Assembly (NCBI RefSeq): GCF_018350175.1
Contig: NC_058368.1
Coordinates: 63,800,001-63,864,000 of the forward strand
Length of the DNA: 64,000 nucleotides
Direction: 5' to 3'
From: Felis catus
Taxonomy: Eukaryota
The notes under the pieces are model-generated. The model was not told the origin of the DNA. It was given only the letters and a program-made list of their open reading frames with translations, and did no database searches. Position 1 is the stretch's first letter. Every line of letters begins with the position of its first letter. This document shows positions 24,721-36,828 of the stretch, one piece after another. A program made the position numbers and the translations under genes.

Positions 24721-24836
24721 TGATACGTGCATAGCACCATAAAAGAACTTGGGTGGGGTGGTGGTGAAAGGATAACATTATTGCCTCTCAGGAGAATGTG
24801 TTGGAATGAATGGAAATAGTATGAAGATTTTTTTTT

Positions 24837-25049
24837 TTAATTTTTTTTTTAACGTTTATTTATTTTTGAGACAGAGACAGAGCATGAACGGGGGAGGGTC
24901 AGAGAGAGAGGGAGACACAGAATCTGAAACAGGCTCCAGGCTCTGAGCGGTCAGCACAGAGCCCGACACGGGGCTCGAACTCACGGACTGTGAGATCGTG
25001 ACCTGAGCTGAAGTCAGCCGCTTAACCGACTGAGCCACCCAGGCGCCCC
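24837..25049 (-). mobile_element. Young felid CAN-SINE inserted at the polyA tail of an L1 fragment
   Basis: TSD tgaagattttttttt at 24822-24836 and 25050-25064. Confidence 0.95.
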
Positions 25050-25064
25050 TGAAGATTTTTTTTT

Positions 25065-25473
25065 AATTTTAATTTTTTTTCAAAATTTTATTTAAATTCA
25101 GTTAGTTAACATATAGTGTAATATTGGTTTCAGGAGTAGAATTTAGTGACTCATCACTTACATACAACACCCAGTGCTCATCACAACAAATACCCTCCTT
25201 AACACCCATCACCCATCTAGTCTATCCCCCACCCACCTTGCTCTATTAACCCTTAATTTGTTCTCAGTATTTAAGAGTTTATCTTTTCTCTTTCCCTTTC
25301 CCATATGTTCATCTGTTTTGCTTCTTAAATTCTACATATAAGTGAAATCATATGGTATTTGTCTTTCTCTGACTGACTTATTTCACCTAACACAGTACAC
25401 TCTAGTTCCATTCATGTCATTGCAAATGTCAAGATTTAATTATTTTTGATGGCTGGCTAATATTCCATTGTAT
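25065..25473 (-). mobile_element. Carnivore L1 3' fragment
   Basis: ggagtagaatttagtgactcatcacttacatacaacacccagtgctcatcaca is homologous to the 3'UTR at 1900-1960 in reverse. Confidence 0.9.
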
Positions 25474-25552
25474 CAAATGCCTTTTTTGCATCTATTGGTG
25501 TGATCATGTGACTTTCTTCTTTAATGTTGACATCATTGATTATGATTTTAAA

Positions 25553-25770
25553 TTTCTTTTTTTTAAGTTTATTTATTTATGTTTGAGAGAGACAGAGATA
25601 GCATGGGTGGGGGAGGGGCAGAGAGAGAGGAGACTGAGAATCCCAACCAGGCTCCCTGCTGTCAGTGTAGAGCCCGATGTGGGGGCTCGAACTCATGAAA
25701 CCATGATATCGTGACCTGAGCAGAAAACCAAGAGTTGGGTACTTAATTGACCGAGCCACCCAGGCACCCC
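25553..25770 (-). mobile_element. CAN-SINE
   Basis: tttatttatttatgtttgagagagacagag ... gagccacccaggcacccc. Confidence 0.92.
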
Positions 25771-25968
25771 TGAATTTATTTTCATTTAACTATCCTTGCT
25801 CCCCCTGGAATAAATATTTGCTCTTACATATTTTGTATTATGCTTATTCTAGTTATGAAATAATTACATTAACTACAAGTACCTACTTACTAATGTAAGT
25901 ATATTTGTCTGCTCTTTCATTCTGTCTCATATTTTCCCCATGTTAATGATTCCTTTTAATTAATTAAC

Positions 25969-26173
25969 TTTTTTAAGTTTGTTTATTTTGAGAGAGCCAG
26001 AGAGCACAGGCAGGGGAGGGGCAGAGAGAAAGGGAGAGAGAGAATCTCAAACAGGCTCCAGTGGTGTCAGTGCAGAGCCCCGGCATGGGGATCCATCCTA
26101 TGAATGGTGAATTCATGACCTGAGCCCAAATCAAGAGTCAGATGCTTAACGAACTGAGCCACCAAGGCGCCCC
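25969..26173 (-). mobile_element. CAN-SINE
   Basis: tttgtttattttgagagag ... gaactgagccaccaaggcgcccc. Confidence 0.92.
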
Positions 26174-27022
26174 TCCTCTTAATTTAAAGTAAAACTGAAG
26201 TAGGTTTGTGCAATGGGGCTATTGCAGATGAGTGGAAGCAGCTTGGTCTTTACCAGTGACCAGAGGTGTGGCTTGGAGCTGCAGCTGCCAGATGCATAGG
26301 TGGGACTTGAAGTGGTACGGGTGGTGGATGATGTGGGGTGATTCTCCAGGTCCACCTGGGGTCCAGAGACAAAGTCTCATTCTTCATACTTTTCTAACAT
26401 TGAATCAGTGCTGCTACTGTGGAGGGTTAAGTGTATAAGGACCCAGGAACACAACATCTCAGCCCACTGCTGGGTCAACTCCTCCACATCTAGCCCGGCT
26501 CCAGTAGGGACGGCACGTCTGGGATTGCAGACAGTGCAGCGCATGTGCAGTGACCGTGGTGACCTACGCTTCTTGGGGGGCTGGGGGCAGTAGTCTGAAT
26601 CTGATCCACAGAAGCTGCTTTATTTACTGCAGCAAGCCTAGAGAATTTAGGAGATCCCAGCACACCTCCCCTAAGATCCTCATCTTTCTCTGTGGGATGA
26701 GGACCTGGGGTTGGGGGGAGGTTCTGAAGACTGCTGTAGCTACAACAAGCGCCAAGTACTCAGAAAATTTCTTTTTTTTTCTTTGTTCTTTTGTTTTCTC
26801 TTTTATGACACTGTCTCTATCGGGCTTTGTTATTACTATTTGATGGCTTTATTAAGTGAACTGTGAAGGCTTCCAACTTTTACTGCAGTGGAGAAAGAAA
26901 TATCTGCTATTTCGATAGTAAATGGAACTCGTGTGGTCAAGTGATTCTGGATTTTCTGGCTTCCTTTTTCTTTTCCACATGAACCCATGTCTGAATGCAG
27001 ACTCTGCGGTTATGAACTCATG

Positions 27023-27197
27023 TAGTTCACTGCGTATGGCCGTGCAGTCTGAGCATTGCACAAAGGTGTCTGGCCTGGGGGCCAGTGGATGCTGCATTCA
27101 GCAGGGCTTAGCTCTGTAAGATTAGGGCTCTGTTATAGATCAGAATGTACTTTTTTCTGTTTCACACAAAGCTACAGTACCAGCCAGCAGCATAGAG
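27023..27197 (+). mobile_element. MER91A-like hAT element
   Basis: gtgcagtctgagcattgcacaaaggtgtctggcctggggg ... ttttttctgtttcacacaaagctacagtaccagccagcagc resembles both MER91A ends as recalled. Confidence 0.55.
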
Positions 27198-28028
27198 CAG
27201 GAGCTAAATGTAATTATGCAAGCTGTTTCATCTCCCTGAGCCTGTTTCCTTATCTGTTAAATGAATTGTTTTGTGCCCCTTACTTCTCTCTCCAGGTTCT
27301 TAAATACATGTGTAACGATTATGGAAACATTTAACATTATTTTAATTTATTTGTCACTTAATGATTTTTTTTGTTATTCACATCTTAGAAGAATTTTAGA
27401 ATATATCCAAATATTTCTTGTTACTTCTATCTCTTTTGATTTTTTTTTAAAGCAAAAGACATTGGAATGTCAGGGGAATGGATTACCCTTGTCAAAAATA
27501 TAAATGATTCCTGCTCATAATAACAATTTAAAAGTCCACTTGCATCTTGTTAATCATTAACTTATTTATGGAAAAACCTTTGGCATCCAGATAACTTTTT
27601 ATGTAAGCGACAAGATAGGAAATGTTTAAGAAATATAACTTAATCATTGTTCTCTATCTTTGTAAATGAATGCAGTAATTGCAGTGGCATTTTCTAACAA
27701 GGAGAATTCAACCAATTCATTTTTATAAAGGGAAAATAGGCTTCAGGGTAAATAGCGCACATTGATTAACTACTTAATACACCATTGGCCTAACAGAGGA
27801 GTACTTTCAAATGATAGTTTCTCAATTAAAAAACAAAAAAGTACCACACAGTCCTGTGTAGTAATTACAAATGCATCAGGAAACTTGACAGTTGTGCTTG
27901 GAATATGGACCAGTAGAGATTGTGATGTGTGGTCCAGTATTGCCATTAGAATGTATGTGAATTGGCAGGAGGGAGGGGGCCTGACTTGTTTAACTGTGGC
28001 CCCCAGTGGCCACTCACAGTCTTGTTTT

Positions 28029-28250
28029 TTTTTTTTAATTTTTTTTTCAACGTTTATTTATTTTTGGGACAGAGAGAGACAGAGCATGAACGGGGGAGGG
28101 GCAGAGAGAGAGGGAGACACAGAATCGGAAACAGGCTCCAGGCTCTGAGCCATCAGCCCAGAGCCCGACGCGGGGCTCGAACTCACGGACCGCGAGATCG
28201 TGACCTGGCTGAAGTCGGGCGCTTAACCGACTGCGCCACCCAGGCGCCCC
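28029..28250 (-). mobile_element. Very young felid CAN-SINE
   Basis: CpG-rich near-consensus body; TSD agtcttgtttt at 28018-28028 and 28251-28261. Confidence 0.97.
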
Positions 28251-28721
28251 AGTCTTGTTTTAATGGTATAAAAAATGTGTGTTGCGACCACATTGCAAGC
28301 ACCAGCCAGACTAAATATGGTTCTTTCACAGGACTATGATACAATCTGAATGATAACAGCGATTGCAGGGAATGATGTTAAGTGAGTCAGAATGTGATTT
28401 CAATTCCTAGACAAATGAGAAAAAGCACTCTATGATAGAGTTGTGAACGAATGTTTAAGGTGCGGTGAGATCTGGTGACAGTGAACAGAGACCCTAATTT
28501 AAAGTAGGAACTTTGTCCAGAATAAGGATTTCAACAGCCCTGCTTGCTAATTAACATGTATTCTACTGATGGTCTAAGAAAAACCTCAGTGTACACACTA
28601 CAGAAAGAGGTAGAGAAGGAATTAGTAGTACTTTACTGAGTAGTACTTTCAGATGTTTATTCTGCTAATGAAATGGCAGAATAAAACTAGGATAGAGGTT
28701 CATCAAAACTGAAAAGAAGGT

Positions 28722-28908
28722 GAGGTGCCTGGGTGGCTCTTTCAGTTAAGCTTTCTACTGGCTCAAGTCATGATCTCTTTTTGTGAGTTCGAGCCCACAT
28801 CGGGTTCTGCACTGATAGCACAGAGTCTGCTTGGGATTCTCTCTCCCTCCCTTTCTTTCTGCCCCTCACCCACACTCCCTCAAAATAAATGAACTGTAAT
28901 AAAAAAAA
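28722..28908 (+). mobile_element. CAN-SINE (diverged)
   Basis: gaggtgcctgggtggctc head, B-box gagttcgagccc; flanked on both sides by aaaactgaaaagaa. Confidence 0.88.
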
Positions 28909-31547
28909 AAAACTGAAAAGAAAATGATTTTTCTAGGGATATGGTAGGTCAAAGAAGGGGATTATTCATTACATATGGAATCTCTAGTAAGTGTCTATAG
29001 AAGTAACATTTCCATCAAAACTACAACTAAAGTTTTCTTTTAAGGCCAGCCAATGTAACTGAAGGATCAACAATCCACTGAAACCTTGAGCCTATTTGAT
29101 AGGAAGAAATGTATCTGCTTGTATATATAGTTGAAGGTGAGAGTCTCTTATGGAACTTGATGACTAATACATACTTTAAAAATCTGAATTCAGTTTTCAT
29201 CAGTAATTTGTATTAAGCCCACCTTGCTAAGATCTTCAAAATATCACTTATGCCCATGGTTTTATTAGGCACTGAATTAATCCAGAGTAAAGGAAGTATC
29301 ACTACAGGGGAGATACACAAGAATGAGTTTCTTGCAAGAATTGGGACATGAGCTAGTTTTTTTAAGGACTGCAAAGAAAGATCCATCCAGTGGATGTAGA
29401 ATCACCTGGCGACACTTTGATGTATGGGAAATCAAATAGCTATGTCCTGGTTAAGGTGACTATAGGGAAGCATTACACTGCTTTCTGGCCCTGCTGAAAA
29501 AGCTGACCAATAGCTAGTTAATGTGTATTTAGGGGTTGGGTACTGCCTGTGCTCATGCATTCTTTAGACCATGTTATCTATGGAATATCTTGTTCTCCAC
29601 CCTGCTTTCAGCATTGGCTGGTTTGTAGTCTTGAGAATGCCTTGTTTTTTTGCACACTTTCTACACATTCTTACTGGCACTTAGCCACTGACATTGCACG
29701 ATGTTTTCCCTATAATGTATGCCTAATAAATGCAGGAGCTTGAGAGCAGCTTGGGGGTGGGGGTGGGGGGGGGCTTCCCTTAGTCTCCCTCTCACGTCTC
29801 TTGACTTGCATGGAGTCTTGAGTGATCCTTTCTGCCGTCCTCGTCTTCACTGAACAAAGCCAAAAGCTGAACACACAACTGGTGACCTTGATGTGATAAG
29901 CCAAAGTCGCATTGATGAAGCATACAGTGGGGATCCTAGATACAAAGCTTTCAGTGGCAGGAGATCACTTTGATCTGACAATAGACAAACATCCTGTATT
30001 TTGAGGAGTGAATGTGCATCACAGTGTTTGGTGATTATTAATCTATTAGTATTCTGAGTAGATTGAAATTAGGTGTGAGTTCAGTGTTGAGTCTATTGTC
30101 AAGATTGAGGAGTTGGATATGTAGACATGGATGGTGGTCATAATACAAGATTTTAAAAATTGACAAAATGGTATAAACCAGGAGAAAGACTGTGCTGATG
30201 TCAATGTGGGATAGTCAGGAGTATGGGGTAAGAATCAGAGAGCTCATTTCCCAAGATTAAAGCAAAACAAAATCTTGCTGAAAAAAGAGCACAATATATT
30301 CTATCTAATAAAAAATATATGAGTGATTGTCAACTAGAAACATGGGTGGCTGCAACACTGCCAGCTACCTACTGTCAATCTCTGTGTCTTTTCCTGTGAT
30401 CAGCTTCAGTCAATAATTTTAAATGCTCAGAACCTCATTTTTTGTTGATTTCTGAGGTGATGCTCACTTGAGGGTGTGTGTTCAACTGTGGAATATGATA
30501 TAATTTCTGGGACTATTCTTCAGTCCCAAGAGAAGCTTCAGTGTGATTATCTCTCCCAGACTGCAGGCAGTTCTGAAAAATGAACTAGCTTGACATGAAA
30601 TTGCCAAAATAACTCCTTCTGTGATAAAACTGATAGAATTAAAAAAACAACTATAGCCCTCCTTTACTCTCCTACAGCAAAAGCATACAAAGACTCACTG
30701 CTTGTGACAGCTAGTGTTCATATCATTTGGAATTACTTATTTAAATTTGACATTGGTAAACAATTAAGCAAATCCCAAGAGGTGATCACAAAGGAGAGTT
30801 AGATTTAATTTAGGTATCTTAATGAGCTTTGCTTTTGATATGTAGGCATAATTAGTGCATTGAGCACAAGTTAACCCTAATTAAATTGATTAACTTGGGC
30901 AATATTTGCTCTGTTTGATATAATGAAAATAAGCCTAAAGATTTTTTAAATTAGCTTATTTTTAGTGTCTACTAGTTTCATATCTACATGTTTATAGTCA
31001 GTTTAAGTAATATGTTATGATAGATGATGGAAATTATCTTAAGACTTGTATAGTCAGTCCTGTGTTTAGAGATTTATAATATTTGAACAAAAGGGAGTCT
31101 ATATATTCCACCCCCCCACACACAAAGGATATTTATAACATTTTGTAAAATAATTTTGGTGAATCAAGTGAGTAAATATTATTTGTAACTGATTATATGT
31201 TCTTAACTTCTACTCTAGCCAAACTGATCAAATAACTAGTCGTTTACTTTGTACACTCTAGCCTATTCCTCATAAGAAAGATCTATGAAAAGCCTCTCAG
31301 AGGAAGTAGAATAACTCACCCATTTTTATGAAAAGATGGAGAAAGTAGCTGCCTGTGGGCATGATCTGTGAGCTTAGGTGGTGATGGGAGAAGACACGTC
31401 TCTACTCCCATTCGAGCCCAAAAATACCACCAGAGAGAAGAGTTGCCATTACTGGGTTTTGATTTTTGTTCTTATTGCATCTTAGTTTTTTTTTTTTTTT
31501 TATTATTACCATGTGTCTCTACGAGACTTCTTTTTTTTTAATTAATT

Positions 31548-32440
31548 CATTTTAATAGTTTATTGAGGTCTAGTTGACATATGATGAACTGCACATATTT
31601 GAAAAGTATAATTTGATAAAATTTGATATATAGTACACCAATAAGACCAGCGCAATCAAGATGATGAATACATGCTTTACCCTTAAAAGTTTCCTCATAT
31701 ACCTTTGTAATCTCCTGCTGGCAAACATTGCCTCTCAGAGTCCCTGTCCTCAGGCAACCCTTGACCTACTCTTATTTACCGTTAAGTTTATATAAGTGGA
31801 GTCATACTCTCTTTTGCCTGGCTTCTTTCATTTTGTATAATTATATTGATATTTATTCATATTATTATGTGCAGCAATGTATTTTCATTACTGACCGGTG
31901 TTTCATCTTACATGTATGCCACAATTTTGCATTCGTTTTCATTTTGGCAGTTAGACGCTTAGGGCATTTGAATTGTTCCCACTTTTGAATAATTAAAAGT
32001 AATGATACTATGAACATTCATGTACAAGTGTTTTTATGGACATATGTGTGTTTTTTAAAGTTTTTTTTAATGTTTATTCTTTGAGAGAGAGAGAGAGAGA
32101 CAGAGCATGAGTGGGAGATGGGCAGAGAGAAAGGGAGACACAGAATCTGAAGGCTCCAGGCTTGGAGCTGTCAGCACAGAGCCCGACGCAGTGCTTGAAC
32201 TCACAGACTGTGAGATCATTACCTGAGCCGAAGTCAGTCATTCAACCAACTGAGCCACCCAGGCGCCCTGACATACATATGTTTTAATTTGACTTGGGTG
32301 AATAGCAGGAATGGAATGACTAGGTCATTTCCCAAAGTAGTTGTAGCATTTAACATTCCCACATGCAGTATATGAGCATTTCAGTTGTTTTATTTTGATA
32401 AGGTCACGTGATTTAAAATTTAACCACTTAGATGTGTGTA
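31548..32440 (-). mobile_element. Old L1M (L1MB/MC-like) 3' fragment interrupted by a SINE
   Basis: tagtttattgaggtctagttgacatatgatgaactgcacatatttgaa ... tatgaacattcatgtacaagtgtttttatggacata ... ttcccaaagtagttgtagcattt. Confidence 0.8.
32051..32268 (-). mobile_element. CAN-SINE
   Basis: Reverse SINE ending ccaactgagccacccaggcgccc. Confidence 0.94.
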
Positions 32441-34014
32441 GTTTTTTTTTTTTAGATTAATTTATTTTAATAGACTTCTTGATTAAGAGGATTTAGCACC
32501 TCCTCATAGTAGGTACTCAATTATTATTTGTTATTTGAGTAAAGACAGAAGTGGGTGTTGATATTCTCATGATAAAAAAAAACTCTAAAATGTCTCGAAA
32601 GAAGCCCTGAGCTCATCCTTGTAATAACATTTATTTGCATTGTTGTCTTTCCCATTCTTGCGTTAACTTAGAAACAACAAAATAAAATCCATTCATCTAC
32701 TAGACAGGTGTCCCAGACTAATATTTCTTTGCTTACAGCACAAGCCAGAGAATGACATTTTAAATTAGTTATAGCAGACATTGTACTTTTAACTTTGTGA
32801 CTGAACCATTATAAATATCACTGAACTTTATCTGTATGGAAAGCAGATCTTAATATCATGCATGGTTTCAGATCATGAAGTTATATGCGAAGTAAAAATA
32901 ACTGGAAGAGTTAAACTCAGGAATTTTGTTTTTGCTCATTTGATCTGGATATTTTAGTATTGTCAGTCTTTACAAACTGATCAAGTGAGTTGACATTTTT
33001 CAACATTCGACTGAAACAAAGTAATAAATTAGTAAGGCAAATGTTAGAGGTTCTTGGGTATTTACTCTTGGTTTATATTTTGGTGGCAATTTTAATTGTG
33101 TGTTCACATACATATGAATGCCTTGCACTTTCAAGTTATGGAAAATAATAAACAAATTTACATTGAAGAACTGAAGATTTATACATCATTCTTCCCACTT
33201 GCTCATTTTTAAAATTTTTCCTTTCCCTGTCTGCTGCCTTTAGATCCTTCCTTTTGTCCTTCTATATGATTTTTAGTATAACATGATGGTCACAATAGAA
33301 TGATCCTATAGTATGTAAGAGTCAGTAATCCTCTAAAATGTGCCCCAATTTTTCCCTACAGTTACCAAAAATATATAAATGCTCATTTAAATAAGTAATA
33401 TGGTAAGCCAGCTTCTTGAAAAAGTTGTAGGGTAGATAGCAAAATAAGTGATTGCATTTTCCTTAAAGAACAACAACAACAAAATCTTTACTTGGTTTAA
33501 GTTGTTAAAAAATCTTTTTCCTGAGAATATTCTTGAATCAAACTGTTGAATGTTTCAGATGAATAAGACCCAGTACTTGCTTTCTGAGTGCTCTTAATTT
33601 GGGGTTGGAGGAAGGGAAGAAGGAGAGAGAGGGATAAATAAATGAGGAATGCTGAAATCAGTGCTAGGAAATATCAAGGTAGCACAGAGGTGAAGTATCA
33701 ACTCAAGAGGGCTTTTGGAAGACTCAAAGGACTAGAGGAGAGAGGATAGATGAAGGTCAGGGGTGTACCAAAAGGGAAGGTAACATAAGAGCAAAGTTGT
33801 GTTTGTCCACCAGAGACAGAGGGAGAGCATCAAGAAGGATTTCGAGTTTTAGACACTCTAATCAAGGAAATGATTACCTTCCCACAGACAATAAAAAAAC
33901 AATAATGTGCCAAACTGAAATAAGTCTAAGGAGGTTAAATAATTTTCTTATTTTCTTTCCTTTGTTGTTTTGATCATCTTTTGGGGGGGATAACATAAAA
34001 TATCAAAAGCTCTC

Positions 34015-34233
34015 TTTTTTAAAATATATTTTTAAAGTTTTTATTTATTTGAGAGAGAGAGAATGTAAACGAGGGAGGAGCAGAGAGGGAGGGAGAGAGA
34101 GAATCCCAAGCAGGCTCCATGCCTTCAGTACAGGACTTGAACGCAGGACTTGAACTCACGAACCGTGAGATCATGACCTGAGCCAAAACCAAGAGTCGGA
34201 CGCTTGAACTATTGAGCCACCCATGTGCCCCCC
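34015..34233 (-). mobile_element. CAN-SINE
   Basis: Reverse SINE with a small internal duplication (caggacttgaac twice, 34131-34155). Confidence 0.92.
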
Positions 34234-34959
34234 AAAACTTTCTACAATCATCATTCTCATTGTGGTTCCTTTGCTTAGCAGGATATACTGAATCAGTCCC
34301 TGTGCTTCCAATGGGCTAAGTTAGCACTGGCATTAGTAGGAACGGAGATCTAGGACAGAGGAGATCCGCTTATCAAATCCACATAGTGCTATCTGCTAGC
34401 ACTATGGTACTTGCTGGGGACACCATCATTCCTGCCCCCAGGAAGCTTACAGCTGGGTGGGGAAGACTGAGAAATGAACAAAGGCTAATGATGCAATTGG
34501 AAAGGTGCTCCACGTATTGCCTCAAGTGTGCACAATTTCAAGTGGGGAAGGCTTTCTAGGTGAAGTGACAGTTCTACCCATCTGCACCTCCCTTTTCAGG
34601 TCCCAAAGAGACAAGTTTGACTTTTTCCTGTACCGGAGTTTATGATCTGATTTTTACGTTTTTCTTCCTTCCAACCATGAGATTGAGTATTAGGACTATT
34701 TTATGAAGAAATAAAAGCACTTCATATTAAGTAATACAATCATAACATTTTATTCCACATATTTTATATGTAAATCTCTAAAGAATAACTTCATTAGCCT
34801 GTTATCACTTTATTATACAAGTGTAAATATGATTTATGTACATGATACAGGGAAGAAAATCTAATAACAGATGAGAGCTTTATTCTCTTTATATTTCTTC
34901 TTTTATTTATGAAGAGAAATTAGTATACTATCTGATAGGTACTGTTGAAGGTCTTTTAA

Positions 34960-35130
34960 TAAGATTAACTGATATCCTAATGTTGACTCTGTGAAGTAGG
35001 CACTGTTACTATTTCTGTTTTATAAAAAGGGAAACAGGGACACATACAAGTTAAATAACTTGCCCTGAGTCTGGGTGGCAGGCAGCAGAGCCAGAATTGG
35101 AAACAAGGTAATGGCTGTAGAGTGTAGAAT
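34960..35130 (-). mobile_element. MIR relic
   Basis: ctctgtgaagtaggcactgttactatttctgttttataaaaagggaaacagggacac...gttaaataacttgccc. Confidence 0.7.
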
Positions 35131-35940
35131 GGCCGTTCTATGCAACTACACCAATAGGTAAGTTTGATATTACTGGTTCTTCAGTCTTCTGGGCTTACAC
35201 TTTCTTTTAATATCCAAATAGAATGTATCAAATTACTATACAATTTCCTATAATAAACTCAGGACCCAACCCACTATTTTTAAGGGTTCCCCGAGAGTAT
35301 GCTTTTGTATTACCCCTGCTGGCCCCAGGTCCTGGGTCCTTCTGTCATCCTGGCACTTGCCTGCTTTCTCCTTTCCTGCAGATGCTGGCCGCTCTTCACT
35401 CCCATATGCCACTGGGGCCGAGAAGTCAAGACTGTCTCCTTCCAATCTCCCAGCACGTCATTAGCCCACAATTGCCCAAACCAGTCTATGGCAGGTTTAC
35501 TGAAAGTGTGAGGGTGGTGTGGTAAATAGTAGCCCGAGGCAGAAACTTCTGTGTCTGGACATTTAAAAATCATCCCTGTTAGTGGAAATTTCGTACCAGG
35601 TCCTTTTATAAAAACCCTTTCAACTTCCTGCTGTTTTGCCAGAGCCACTTCTATTCTACAAGCTCTTTCAAACCATAGCAGGCACAGACCACCCAAAACT
35701 CCTATCCCCCTCTTTATGTAGAAAATTTTCTAATCTTTATTCCACTTTTTTTTCCATCTAGACTAGTCCAGGGAACCTTGCCCTTCACAATGAGAAAGAG
35801 CATAAGGGTATTTTCATTAACAAAGACCTCTGAACATGAGTGGTGAATCACAGCAGTCATTCACTATCACCTTTTTCCCCCAAGGCCTATTTTTATTACA
35901 TTAAAAATAATTGTAGGTAGAAGAAAAAAACTATTAGGCA

Positions 35941-36366
35941 TGTGGGAGTATTGGTCTGTAAACCACCCCCCTCCCCCCCACCCCCCCACCTTACAGAGAG
36001 GGTAAAGAGAGATTAAAGAAAGAAGCAGCCATTCCAGATTGGTAGGCAGCAGGTATGAGCAGCCACGGAACTTACGAGGCTTGTCTTGTGCAGCTGAAAG
36101 ATGAGTAGATCTCCACACCCACTCACCAGAATCCTCACAGTTCATATAGAGACCTTGACTGGGTTCAGTCATATATACAGTCCAGATGGCCTCAGACACA
36201 CCTTACTCTGTCAAGGGCGTGTTCTTGGGGCAGCTTCTAGCATCAGGAAGGCAAGTGGAATGAACACTCCAAGGGCAGAGGAGAGGGTAAGGAGCCTCCA
36301 GTGGTAGCCTGGGTCCAGCTCAGGGGTCAGCCAACAGTCACATCCTGCTGATTACCTTCTCCAACA
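35941..36366 (-). mobile_element. ERVL-type solo LTR (MER74-like)
   Basis: TG...CA ends (tgtggg / ctccaaca); actgggttcagtcatatatacagtccagatggcctcagacacaccttactctgtcaagg and gggtccagctcaggggtcagccaacagtcacatcct recalled from this LTR group. Confidence 0.65.
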
Positions 36367-36447
36367 GGGAGAGCAAAATGGAGTAAAACATAAGGTGTCT
36401 CTTTAAACAAGTTAAAAGCAATTAAATTTGCAGTAAGTACAATTATT

Positions 36448-36622
36448 AAAAAAATTTTTTTATACATTTATGTTTTGAGAGACATAGAGAGAGCACAAAT
36501 TGGGGAGGGGCAGAGAGACAAAGAGACACAGAATCCGAAGCAGGCTTCAGGCTCTGAGCTGTCAGCACCGAGCCTGACGCGGGGTTCGGACTCACAAACT
36601 GTGAGATCATGACCTGAGCCCC
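36448..36622 (-). mobile_element. CAN-SINE missing its A-box region
   Basis: Ends gacctgagcccc; TSD tgcagtaagtacaattatt (36429-36447) and tgcagtaaatataattatt (36623-36641). Confidence 0.9.
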
Positions 36623-36656
36623 TGCAGTAAATATAATTATTTAACAAAGAAGCCAT

Positions 36657-36680
36657 TATATACATATATATGCATATATA

Positions 36681-36726
<46 letters not shown>

Positions 36727-36828
36727 TGTGTATATATATATATGTGAGTATATATATATATATATATATATGGGAGAGGATAAAAGATATGTGTGTGTGT
36801 GTATATATATATACACACACACACACAT
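36657..36828. repeat. Compound (TA)/(TG)/(CA) microsatellite
   Basis: Read directly. Confidence 0.95.

Noticed and set aside
27762..28339. 125-128 aa ORFs sharing peptide with ORFs at 21656 and 53928
   Set aside because: The shared peptide comes from reverse-strand SINE sequence, not a gene family.
35223..35696. Cluster of 65-128 aa ORFs in pyrimidine-rich sequence
   Set aside because: No recognisable domain or exon support; cannot be assigned without a search.
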